A stretch of 56,224 bases of DNA, filler included, from Platydemus manokwari (lineage: Eukaryota), in NCBI GenBank assembly GCA_037951405.1. It is 5 parts of 5 records of this genome, joined end to end, with 100 filler letters (N's around TTAATTAATTAA, not from the genome) between each part and the next. Parts side by side here need not be neighbours in the genome. Positions count along the whole stretch, not along the records: positions 1 to 11,620 come from JBBMOY010563329.1; positions 11,721 to 24,527 come from JBBMOY011961379.1; 3 more parts are not named here. One strand, written 5' to 3'. Position 1 is the first letter of the stretch. Every line of letters begins with the position of its first letter. The notes under the pieces were generated by a model. The model was not told the origin of the DNA, made no database searches, and worked only from the letters and a program-made list of their open reading frames with translations. Both the position numbers and the translations under genes were made by a program. Of the stretch, positions 1 through 11,993 are shown in pieces.

Positions 1-69
<69 letters not shown>
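1..69. repeat. (ATT)n microsatellite, possibly the 3' tail of a minus-strand non-LTR retroelement
   Basis: Perfect ATT repeat at the window start, followed by a short inverted repeat ATTTGGA...TCCAAAT at about 79-113. Confidence 0.9.
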
Positions 70-1516
70 TTGAATTAGATTTGGATGTTACCTCACTTAG
101 CTCAAATCCAAATTATAGCTCAATTTCCAATCTACTATAGATTGTTTTACTTGTAATTGAAATGGCGAGATATAGTTTGGCACTAATTATGCTTCATAAA
201 TTATTGATTTTCACAATTTTTTCACTCAGTGGATGCATTTTAGTATATTCAGTCACAAATTAATTATCTAAGAGTTTTAATTACCTGATTTATTAGTGTC
301 TAATTTGTTTTCAACATCAATAAAAAGGAATAGTCATTTTTGAAAATCTTTTCATTTCTATGAGTCTCTATCGAGATATTGATGGGGAAAATAAGACCTT
401 AAATAGGATCAACGTGAATAACCATACTTAATACTCCAGACTCACTCTAAAAGGTGAATTTTTGCATTTTTTAAAATTTTTTAAACCATCATATATTTAA
501 CAAAGAATTTAAAAAGTTATATTTTAAAATCATTTCATTTATTTATTAATTTAAGTATCCGTAAAAATTATTTTAAAAAATTTTGGTACTGGTTATCATG
601 ACTGACTTATTGTAAATATGTTTTTATAGTTTTCATTTCAGATTTTATTATTGATTTTCATTTCACTCTTATTTCATTCATTCATTAACCAAGTGGCCAC
701 AGACACCAACTTCTTTAATCTGGAACAAAAATGTGATTAATTCTGAATCATTAATTTCTTTAAAATCTTAGTTTTTGATTTCTTGTAAGAGGGAAACTTT
801 GCCGAAATTATCAATATTAAATTATTGCAAACGACGTTATTTTTCTAATCAATGTGGTAATGAAAAGAAATGAATTTGCGAAACTATTTCTGATTTAATT
901 CGTAGGTCATTTTTACACTTACAAAAAGTTGCCCCGAATGATTGGATAATAATATCATGTAAATAGGTAATGTTTTTCGTTGGGTTGTGGATGAATGTTG
1001 GAATTTATTCACGAGAGCCAGCATTTGTGATAAACAAGCATTGAGTGTTATGTTAAGGAGATATAACACTGTCATAAAATAGAAAGCCGATAATTTAAAC
1101 GAAGCACAAATGAATAATATGGAAGCACAATATCTGATTCATAGACACTGAGATGTGGTGTACCGACAGTATTTTTTATTTAATTCTCGCAGTGGAAATG
1201 GAAAAATTTCATCAGGTCTCGCCTACTAACTCGTCAGGTAAATGGACTAGCCTACACTGTCTACTAATATTTGACTAACCAATACAATATCTTGTCATAG
1301 TTATCTCGCTCAATGCAAACTCGTATGGACCACACAAAATAGCAACCCAATTGACACATGATGATAAATCTCCACGAATATAATCATAGCATCGGTTGTT
1401 TCTTGTCTTTATAAGTAGTGTGTTTCATTTTAAATCAATATTTTACACCAGAGATAATTAAAAAAATTTAATAAAATCCATTCGCTATCGTTGGATATTT
1501 ATAAATTTCATCAATA

Positions 1517-4500
1517 ATGAAGTTTGTTTTTGGATTAATTGTTGCCGTATTCTGGATTATCATATCATTTATCAATTATTCCGATTCAGCAGCCGTACGT
1601 TGAGATGAGTTATTTTAATATATAAATAAAATATATACATACTCGATAAATCAAACTGAATTGTATTGGATTTGTATTATTTTTAGGCGATTTGTAACAG
1701 GTCAAATTGCACACAATGCACTTGTAAAGGAGTCGAAGGTGAAAAGGTAAGTGGGTTTTTCTATTGATTGGATTAATGTTTATTATAAAGGGAAATATGG
1801 GATTTGAAGGACATATCGGGAAGCCAGGTTTGCGAGGTATAAAAGGAGATCCAGGACCACAAGGTGAATTAGGAGCAAAAGGCAATGAAGGCTATAAAGG
1901 AGATCAAGGTTCAAAAGGAATGATGGTAATTATATTATCAAATTATATAGCAATAACTCATATTTTTATTTCTGACACAATGTTTATTATTATGTAAGTA
2001 ATTATTTTTAATAATATAGTAATAATAGTATTATATCATAAAAAAGATCATTAATAATATTAATATAAAACTATTCATAATTATAATAATGAAAATTCTA
2101 TTAAATATCAAAGTTTTATAAAAAGTATTTATTATAATGTTATTATTATTACCATTATTATATTATTTTTATATGCAAATAAGATATCCGTATTTTAATA
2201 TTAATTTATTTAAAAATAACTACTAATTTAAACAAGAAAATAGTGGGAATAAATTTGTATATTCCAGCGAATATTTACACAAGAATAAATTTCAAATTCA
2301 TGTCGACAAACGTATTCAATAATTTATTTTTCTCTTTCCCGTGAAATCTTTTTTGGCCAAGAAATTTTTCGTTTTCCAAACGAGCCAGTAAGGAAATGAC
2401 AAATTTTCCTACAGTTTAAAAACAAATTTGTCAATACTTCACAAATCTGCTTTTCAATTTTACCGATTATGTTTTTTTCGGCATTGCATTGATTATCACA
2501 CAAATGATTTAATTCTCATTTTAATTGGATAATTCATTTCTTTGATAACTTTCATTTCATTCGTGATTAAATTTTTTAATTATAAATTCCTTTAAATAAA
2601 TAATAAAAATAATAATTTAATTTCATATTAAAAATAAATTTATTAATTCACAAGTCTCAATGAAGTTTATTTATGCAGATTAATTAAAATATAGATTAGC
2701 TAAAATCAAAACAGCTGGAGAATATACTGATTTGAGACCAAATTGTATTTACATACGATCAGGTGATGTGTTGATGAAGTTCAATAAAATGAATTGACCA
2801 ATGAGAGAATTATTAAATGGTAAATTGGAGGTTCTGTCTGATCACAATGAAAACAATCTTACTGTTGGGATTGTCAGTCGTTTAATCTGCAAACTATTAT
2901 AACATTTGCAATTAATTTAACTTACAAATTATAAAACATTTGAATTAAGTGATGATTAAATTAATTAGATAAAATAAATAAACAATGAACAAAATAATAA
3001 ATAAAATATCCTCAACATTAGATAATACATGAATTTAGATATCGATTTTCTCATGCTTATTTGATAAATACCATAATTATAGGCTAATCTAATAAACGAA
3101 GCAATTCTGCATAAATTTCTTAAAATAATTTCTAATAACTATTTGTAAATATTCGATGGTTGGAAATAATCTTTGGTCATAAACATAATTTTACCAATCA
3201 CTCTTTCAAACATATCATTATTTTGAATTTTTTTTATTTATTGATAGTAAAAATGTCCAAAAAATTATGAGATCCTTTACGCTTTGATTCGGAATTGACT
3301 CGATAAAAATTCCGTAGCTCACGTAAAAATTAATAAGAAGTTTCATTATGAATAGACATCAGAATTATTATCAGTTATTTTTCATTTACATATCTATTTT
3401 ATATTTAATGATAAATGCTTCTATTGTTTGTAAACAGTTGTTTAAATGATTATTAAATTATTCGATGATTATAAGTACAAATTAACGAAATAAATATGAG
3501 CCAATTAATAAAAATAAAATTTGATACTAGTCAATAATTTTAACCATTTTATCGTTATTTCATCTTTAATTTCTGTTTAGGGAGACAAAGGTTTTCCAGG
3601 TAGTCCAGGAATAGATGGAAATAAGGTACTTTTGAAATATATTTAGTTCATTTGATGACAATCGCTTCAGGGTATTGCTGGATTAAAGGGTCCAAAAGGT
3701 TATCAGGGAGATGAAGGGTGTTGTGGAAAAAAGGTTTGTTAAATTGTTATAATTTTGTAAAATTGATTCTACTAATAGGGTCAAAAAGGAAAGCCAGGTC
3801 TTGATGGATATCCCGGTCCACAAGGTATTCCTGGAATGCAAGGATCACCGGGAAAAAAAGTATTAACTTTTTTTTATTGTATCAGTTTAATTTAAAATAA
3901 TTATTTAGGGAATGAAAGGACTTTCAATATCGCCGGATAAAGATGCACCAATTTTATATGGAGAAAAAGGGCCCAAAGGATACCCAGGATTAAAAGGCGA
4001 AAACGGTGTAATCGGTGATGATGGTGAAATCGGGGATAAAGGTGAAAGAGGATATCAAGTATATTTAAATTGTGATTTAATGTTATTTTAATATTATTTC
4101 TGCCATTTCTCAGGGAGATAAAGGTGATACTGGAGATCAAGGCATAAAAGGTGAAAAGGGAGAGCCTCTAAAAGTCGTATCAACTGAGGTTTATTTTAAA
4201 TTTTAATATTTTATTTAAAATTCATTTTATTCAGAAATCAAAAGGTGAACCAGGCGATAAAGGTGATAAAGGATATTCGTATACTGTACAGTTGACCAGA
4301 ACAGCTACTGAGCAAATGATGTAAATTATTTAAATCAAAAATTCAAAAATTATCAATTTAACTTTAGCAAAGGACGAAAAGGAAATAAGGGATATCCTGG
4401 AGAGGAAGGTGAAACAGGTGATGAAGGACCAAGAGGATTTGAGGTATTAAATAGAAACCTTAAAACGAATGACTCAGTTGTTTTATTAATAGGGCAGAGA

Positions 4501-7500
4501 AGGTGTTAAAGGTGCTGAAGGTATACGAGGACCTCGCGGAGATATCGGACCAGTGGTACCATAAATAATGTCATTACGTTGTTGGATAATTTTTCGTAGG
4601 GAAAACGTGGCAAACCCGGAGAAGATGGGTCTCCTGGTCAAACTGGTGAAATGGGAAGTCCAGGAGCGATAGGACCCGTTGGTCCTGATGGGCATCAAGG
4701 ACAACGAGGAGATACCGGAGCTTCTGGAAATCCAGGATTAAGAGGATATAAGGTTTCTTCAGCAATTGTATATTATATAATGCCAAAATCTTAGGGAATG
4801 AAAGGAGAAACTATTGATAATACAGGAAATGTTCGAGGTGATCCAGGGGATATTGGTGAGAAAGGGGATAAGGGTATAGAAGGAGATAGAGGTGACTTTT
4901 AAAATATATTAAATTTAGTCTTTGTTTTGATAAGATCTTTACGAACTTTTGATAGAAAAAACTTTTTCAGTTCAATTTATTACCTTTATTATTATTTTAA
5001 TAAAATTAAACTAACAAGTTGTTGTAAAGAAGAAGATTTTACATTTTTAAAACATAATCACATTAATTTAGTATATTTTTTCATTAATTAATTTTGTATT
5101 GATACAATGTAGTGACATGTGAAATATTAGAATAAATTGTTATTTAGGACTTCCTGGTGATAAGGGATTAAGAGGTGATGTTGGTCCTCAAGGGCCAACT
5201 GGAGAAAAAGGAGATAAAGGAAAATCGAGGGGTGTCGCAGATCCAGGTGAAAAAGGGCTGAAAGGCGAAAAGGGTAGTGTTAGAATATTTACAAATAAAA
5301 TTAATTTGTGTATATAGGGCTACCTGGAATCCCCGGAAAAAGAGGTAAAAGAGGTGAGCAGGGTGTAAAAGGGTATAAAGGGGATAAAGGAGAAAGAGGA
5401 ATCACTGCAATTGGAAGTAAGGGTAGAAAAGGAGAACAGGGAATCAAAGGGTTACAAGGTCTTCTGGGTGATGCTGGAAATCCAGGACCAATTGGTGATC
5501 CCGGAGACAAAGGAAACATAAATGCTAGTCTTCCAGGTCTACCTGGAAGCAAAGGTGTTAAAGGTAGACCGGGTAATATGGGTAGAAGAGGGCCTCCTGG
5601 ACCTAGAGGCAAAGATGGTGACAAAGGAGATTGTTTCACTTGTATGGATGGTCAGTCTGGAGATAAAGGAGAAAAAGGTTTCCGTGGAGTTCCTGGAGAT
5701 AATGGAATTCCTGGATTTAATGGCCAGGATGGTGAACCAGGCGAAAGAGGAGAACAGGGATCGGATGGACGGCCGGGACTATTGGGTGACAAGGTATTTC
5801 TATTAAATTTAATGCTCATATTTATTCGGGATCAAATTCATTTAAACCGATTTTATAACAATATATGAAGTTGAAATAGCGTTATATTAGAATACTATTC
5901 CAAAATATTTTTAAGAATAGAGTGCTCCAAAATTAATAAGTAGCAATGTCGTCTGGTAAATTTACTATGGAGACGTTTTTTAGAGTCGAATCTATACATC
6001 GGCTGTAAATTACCAAGACTTTATTTTCATAGTCAATTATTATAAAAACTCAGTAAATTTGTGGATTGAATAAAGAATAAATATTTTTTATACAATCTAG
6101 TTTTGATAGATATTTAATTAAGGAAATAAAATTTAATTTCCAAAATTCTTATATTCAATAAAAATAATTCGTTTAAAATATTTTTGTTTGCCGATGAAAT
6201 AATTTTCTAATGTTTTTTAGGGTAAAAAAGGTATGATGGGAGAACAAGGTGACCAAGGTCAAAAAGGTCAAAAAGGCGAATCTATCACAATCAGCAACAA
6301 TAAAACTGAGGGTGATAAGGGTCCATCTGGAGAAAGAGGTGATCCTGGAGATGCCGGTGAACAAGGTCTCAGGGGATTAGATGGACATCATGGTAAAAAA
6401 GGTGAAGCCGGATTAGATGGTGCAAAAGGTGATAAAGGATTAACTGGATTTTCGGGAGCTAAAGGGATGAAAGGTGAGACAGGAGATCCAGGCATTCCAG
6501 GTAAAGAGGCAGAAAAAATACAAGGGGATAAAGGTATGCGTGGTCCAATAGGTGATCCTGGAGAGAAAGGATTAAAGGGAGAAAAGGGTAAATATTGTTG
6601 ACTTATTTAAGTAAAAATTAATTATTTGGAAACGATTGAAAATTTGGATGGGAAAATAAATGCCTTGAAAAAGAATTAATATTCACAAATAATTTGCTTC
6701 TAATTTAAATAAATAAATTAACAATAAATAAATAATTATAATACCAGTGTAATTAATAATAAATTAATTAATTAACATTTATTATAAATTGTTTTCATTG
6801 CTACCCATCCGTCATAAGTGTTTGTGATTCGATTGGCCTTTGAAGATTTTCTCAAAATATGAACTCAAAGATCTTTATTAGTAATCTTTAATATTCCCAT
6901 CCATAGGTTTTGAATTTTGTTCATAAAATTCAAAGACTTAAAACATATCCCAGTTTGTATCATAACATTTAGAATGAAGTCGAACTATAAAGGCACAAAT
7001 TTGTGTGCAGTATATTCGTCCTATCTTATTTATGAAGATATTAATATTAGCTTGTTTTAAATACTACATGTAAATTACCAAAATAAATATTTGTGTTCAT
7101 GAAAAGTTGTTTTCAAATATTATCACGTTTGACAGTATAAATTAATCTTATATTTCTACTTATTTAGGTGAAGATCAAGTAATAAATGTCAATGAATTAT
7201 CTTACAGAGGTGATAAAGGCGAAAAAGGTTTTCCAGGCGATAAAGGGAAACCAGGGTTTCCCGGAAGCAAAGGTTTTTAATTATGGTAGTTATGTGTAGA
7301 TTTATATACGATCAAATTTTAAGGTTCAATCGGAGAACAAGGATTACCAGGAATATTTGGCAAAAATGGTAAAAAGGGTGAAGACGGGCAAGAAGGTGAA
7401 AAAGGATCTATGGGCCCCAAAGGCAAAAATGGTGTTGATGGAAGGAGAGGTAAAATTGGAGCTAAAGGACTTAAGGGAAAGCAAGGTGAAACTGGATTGA

Positions 7501-10500
7501 AAGGAGAAAAGGGGTATATTGGGTTTCCAGGAGATAAAGGAGACATAGGTCATCCTGGCAAACCCGGCTCTAGTATTGCAGGAGCTCAAGGTGAAAAAGG
7601 AGATAAAGGAGAAATTGGTGAAATAGGATTGAAAGGCTTGAAAGGTGACAAAGGTGAATTAGGCTTAAAAGGCGAAAATGGAGAAATAGGAGAGATAGGC
7701 TTGCAGGGTGAAATTGGTGAAAAGGGTTCTGAAGGCTTGATAGGTGATCCTGGTAGTTCTTCAATTGGTGTTAAAGGAGAAAAGGGATTTATAGGATTTC
7801 CTGGAGACAAAGGGGACAGGGGTGATAAGGGTTTTAAAGGAAATCCAGGATTTCCTACTTCAATTTTAAAAGGATCAAAAGGAGAACCTGGTGATAAAGG
7901 CGTTACGGGTTCTCCTGGAATTAAAGGTGACAAAGGAATTAAAGGTGAACAAGGTCTTATGGGTAGAAGTGGAGGTCCTGGAAGGAAAGGACATAAAGGA
8001 CATAAAGGAGATTCGGGCAAGAAAGGTGAGAAAGGTTTTATCGGGGAGAGAGGAGATATTGGTATAAACGGTGATAAAGGAGATGTTGGATTACCTGGAA
8101 ATAGAGGACAGCCAGGAGAAAAAGGTGAAATTGGTGAAAAAGGGATTACTGGACCTAAAGGTCAAAAAGGAATTACTGGTGATATGGGTGACGGTATTAA
8201 AGGAAGGAAAGGACCAGATGGTCCAAAAGGTTACACTTTAAAAATTATATAAGGAAATTGAAATTATTTTTTATTCAGGAATTAAAGGTTCAGATGGTGA
8301 AAAAGGTGCTCCAGGTCAACCAGGTCACAAAGGACCGAAAGGTAAACCTGGTGTTGCTAGAGAAGGAATAAAAGGAGAGAAAGGAGATAAAGGTAGAAAA
8401 GGCGAAATTGGTGTTAAAGGATTTAAAGGGGAGACTGGTCCAATTGGAAACCCTGGTGAAAAAGGATTCCAGGGAGCGCAAGGAATAACCGGAGACACTG
8501 GAATTAAAGGAACGCAGGGAAGACCTGGATCAAGTGGATTGAAGGGTTCTAAAGGATTTGTTGGACCAAAAGGAAAAATTGGTCCACCTGGACTTCCGGT
8601 TATAAAAGTCCATGATTTGATTTGACTTGATTTATTTTTTTTAATGCAGGGTGATAAGGGAAGTATTGGTGAACCTGGTGAAACTCCGACTACTGCTGAA
8701 AGAGGAGATCAAGGAGAAATTGGTGAGAACGGAGAAATTGGTTTTACTGGCGACAAAGGAAACAAGGGCTTGCCTGGACTCATAGGTGAAGAAGGTCTTA
8801 AGGGTTTTCAAGGACCAAAAGGATTCGAAGGACTGAAAGGTCTAAAAGGTGAGAAGGGAGATATTGGCCCAGTGGGACCTCAAGGACCAAAAGGATTTAT
8901 TGGGCAACCAGGTATTCAGGGTGAAAAAGGTTTTAAAGGCCGAAGAGGCCCTAAAGGTATTTATTTACATATTATTAATTTATTTTATAAATTCCCATGA
9001 AAAATTGCTTATAAGTAAGAAATTTTAAAGTCACACACATATTTAAATGTATATATAGCCTTAATTGTTCATTACAATTACATGAGAAAATGTGAAAATT
9101 AAATACGTGTTTTTCTCGGTAATCTATGACGAATTGAATGAACTCTACAACATTTACTTGGTTGTAAATTTTCTCAGCATTGTTCACTTTTTCTATCAAC
9201 CAATAAGTATTTCAATATTCTCCATAATGAGTTTTATTTACAAATCACGAAAACTCAATTAATTAAACAAATTAAACAACTTAAAATTATAAATTTTTGC
9301 TCTTTAAAACAATGAGTAACTATTCAATTTTGGAAATGCTATGTTTCAAAATTATTAATTGTAATTAATGATTTACAGGTATTGAAGGATTGAAAGGCAA
9401 TGTTGGATCTCAAGGTGCAATGGGACGAAGTATGTCAGGGCTCAAAGGTCAGAAAGGACCTCAAGGACATACTGGTGAAACAGGTCAAAAGGGAGAATTT
9501 GGTGATGCAGGTAGAAGAGGACCTCCTGGTCCACCAGGCGATCCAGGTATTGGTTTGTTGGGTGTTAAAGGTGAAAGGGGAGATCCTGGACCTGATGGAT
9601 ACGATGGCATTCAAGGTCTGAAAGGTCCAAAGGGAAATAAAGGTTTCTCAATTATGTATCCTGGACCTCAAGGAGAAAATGGGGAAAAGGGAGAAAAAGG
9701 TGATACTGGATCAGTTGGTCTTAATGGAATTCCAGGCCCAAGAGGACCAAAGGTGTTTTATTTATTTGGTTTTTAAATAAAATATTTTTTCATTTAGGGT
9801 GACCAAGGACCTCAAGGAGAAATGGGAGAAAAGGGTATGCGAGGTCCCCTAGGTGTATCAGGTGATATGGGATTGAAAGGTTTAAGAGGAGATGAAGGTT
9901 TAAAGGGAGATAAAGGAATAAAGGGAGAAAAAGGCGCAATTGGGGAAAGAGGTATGGTAGGAGACAAAGGTAGTATAGGGATAGGAATTGTTGGAGATAA
10001 AGGTGAAAAAGGTTTACCTGGAGCCGAAGGTGATAAAGGAGAAAAAGGAGATCCAGGTATTGTTTGTTAAAATAATAAAAAAAATTTGTTAATATTATCA
10101 TTACTATTTTTCCTATTACTTAGTTCCTAAATTTATCAAAATAATACTTTTATCTAGGAATATTGGGTCCTCGGGGCGACAAGGGAAAACCGGGTATACC
10201 AGGGGATAAAGGTGATGCAGCATTTAAAGGCGAAAAAGGATTCAGTGGACCTCAAGGTATTCGTGGAAAGCCAGGTCCCAAAGGTAATTCTGGAGAAATT
10301 GGTGAGCAGGGTCCTAGGGGACAACCGGGACCCCAAGGGGAAACTAGAGGAAACACTGGATCCATTTTTGCTACGTAAAATAATTATTTTTCTTTTTATC
10401 TAAAATATTTTATTTTGTTAGGCACAGTCAATCAACAACAATTCCTGATTGTCCGTCGAAAACCAGAAAGCTTTGGGAAGGATATTCTTTTCTCGGAATG

Positions 10501-10873
10501 ACTGGATCTGGAAGATCTCATGTTAATGATCTATCAAGCCCGGGCTCTTGTTTGCAACTATTTAGCCCCATTCCTTTCGTATTTTGTGAGAAACAGGAAC
10601 ATTGCTTTTATTCAGTAAGAAACGATCGAACATACTGGCTTAGTAGCTCTAACTTCATGGGGATGTCTATGCATATCAACGTTTCCCAAATTCAGATGTA
10701 CTTAAGTCGGTGTGTAGTGTGTGAAGCTCCTAGCAAAGTTTATATTTCTAAACTTTCTATGGATTTATTTTATTTATTCTTTATAGCCATACGCTTTTCA
10801 CTCTCAAAGTACAATGTTTCCGAAATGCCCCAATGGATGGACTAATTTATGGAGTGGCAATAGCTTTTTAATG
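1517..10873 (+). CDS. COL4A1: Collagen type IV alpha chain (alpha1-like), 3'-partial
   Basis: Manually joined GT-AG exons: 1517-1594, 1687-1746, 1791-1925, 3581-3625, 3671-3733, 3779-3859, 3909-4058, 4114-4188, 4235-4320, 4368-4443, 4493-4555, 4600-4752, 4795-4891, 5148-5273, 5318-5793, 6221-6587, 7168-7272, 7324-8229, 8279-8598, 8650-8956, 9379-9752, 9798-10056, 10158-10374, 10422-10737, 10787-10873 (5022 nt, 1674 codons, one open frame). Signal peptide [26 protein letters not shown]; Cys-rich 7S start [15 protein letters not shown]; interrupted Gly-X-Y; NC1 [29 protein letters not shown]...DLSSPGSCL...PFVFC...RNDRTYWLS...SRCVVCEAP...[25 protein letters not shown]. The last NC1 exon(s) are not visible before the gap at 11621. 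The alpha1 assignment rests only on FMGMSMH resembling alpha1 PMPMSMAP. Confidence 0.95.
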
Positions 10874-11411
10874 GTGAGAATCGTTTTTATGTTGGACTCT
10901 TTTCAATTATATATGTTAAATATTGTTTCAATTTATCTCCTGGATTGATTGACATCGATAAATCATAAAAATACGAATTGAAAACGAATTTAAGAACATC
11001 AGTTCACCAAAGTATATTTAACATAAACATTAAAAAATTATTTAAATTATGTTTTTTTAACTTATTTAAAATGATTAAAAATGATTTCTAAAATTTCTAA
11101 AATAATCTAGATCATAAAACCTCATTATTAAAAATTATTGATTTTTTTCACATATTTTGTTATTAAATTTTCTGCTTTTCTACATATTTGTATCAAATCC
11201 TTTTTATTTATCCATTGATATGTTATCCATATCCTGTTTTATTTTCCACAAATAGCTTTGTTTATCAATACATATTGAATAATGCTTGTACGAGTAGAAA
11301 TGCTAAAAGAACAATTTCAATTCTCAAAGAAGAGATTTCAATTTGTTTTTTGAATTCTAAGATTAAACAGTACTGTGAAATTAAACAACAATAGTTGGAA
11401 CCTAAACCTAT

Positions 11412-11620
11412 TTAACCCTTTCAATACTGCGTGGATATATAAGTCCCAGAGAATGTTCAAATATTACTGATGCGAAAAATATTCGCATTAAACTACTGCA
11501 GGGACATATGCGTCCCAAGGCATTGTTTCAAAAACTATATTTCCTAAAAATCTGAAATTATGTAAATATGTTCCTTTATTTATTTGCAGCACATATAGTT
11601 CAGTTATACAAAAATATTTT
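11412..11620 (+). mobile_element. piggyBac-like transposon terminus in the last visible collagen intron
   Basis: TTAA followed by CCCTTTCAATACTGC, the TTAA-CCC pattern typical of piggyBac ends, plus two subterminal direct repeats (TACTGCGTGGATATATAAGTCCCA and TACTGCAGGGACATATGCGTCCCA). It runs into the assembly gap. Confidence 0.5.
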
Positions 11621-11720
11621 NNNNNNNNNNNNNNNNNNNNNNNNNNNNNNNNNNNNNNNNNNNNTTAATTAATTAANNNNNNNNNNNNNNNNNNNNNNNN
11701 NNNNNNNNNNNNNNNNNNNN
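11621..11720. other. Artificial contig-join spacer (N44-TTAATTAATTAA-N44)
   Basis: The identical 100-nt spacer with a six-frame stop linker also occurs at 24528-24627, 33348-33447 and 44393-44492. Confidence 0.95.
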
Positions 11721-11890
11721 TATTAATAATAACAATAATAATAATAGCAATAAAATATTAAATATAATGACAATAATAATATTAATAGTAATAATAATAA
11801 TAATAATAATTTTTACTATGATAATGAGCATTATTAATGTAATTATTTTAACACTAGTAATTATAATTATAACCAATTATTGTTATTGAT
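11721..11890. repeat. Degenerate (AAT)n low-complexity tract
   Basis: Imperfect AAT/AAC repeats at the contig edge; they generate the spurious Ile/Leu ORF at 11673-11876. Confidence 0.8.
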
Positions 11891-11993
11891 AGTCAAAACA
11901 GCAGCTCATTAATAATAATTGATTATTATAATTAATAATCGATATAATGGTAAATATTGGCAATATTTTCATTATATAATTTATGTATTTCAG

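Noticed and set aside
1610-10403. Many minus-strand and alternative-frame ORFs over the collagen gene (e.g. 5301-5639, 7586-8020, 5522-5806)
   Set aside because: Shadow ORFs: antisense of GGN codons gives Pro/Ser periodicity with few stops. They are not independent genes.
11665-11676. Recurrent palindrome TTAATTAATTAA flanked by Ns, resembling a regularly spaced element
   Set aside because: Artificial six-frame-stop assembly linker, identical at four positions.
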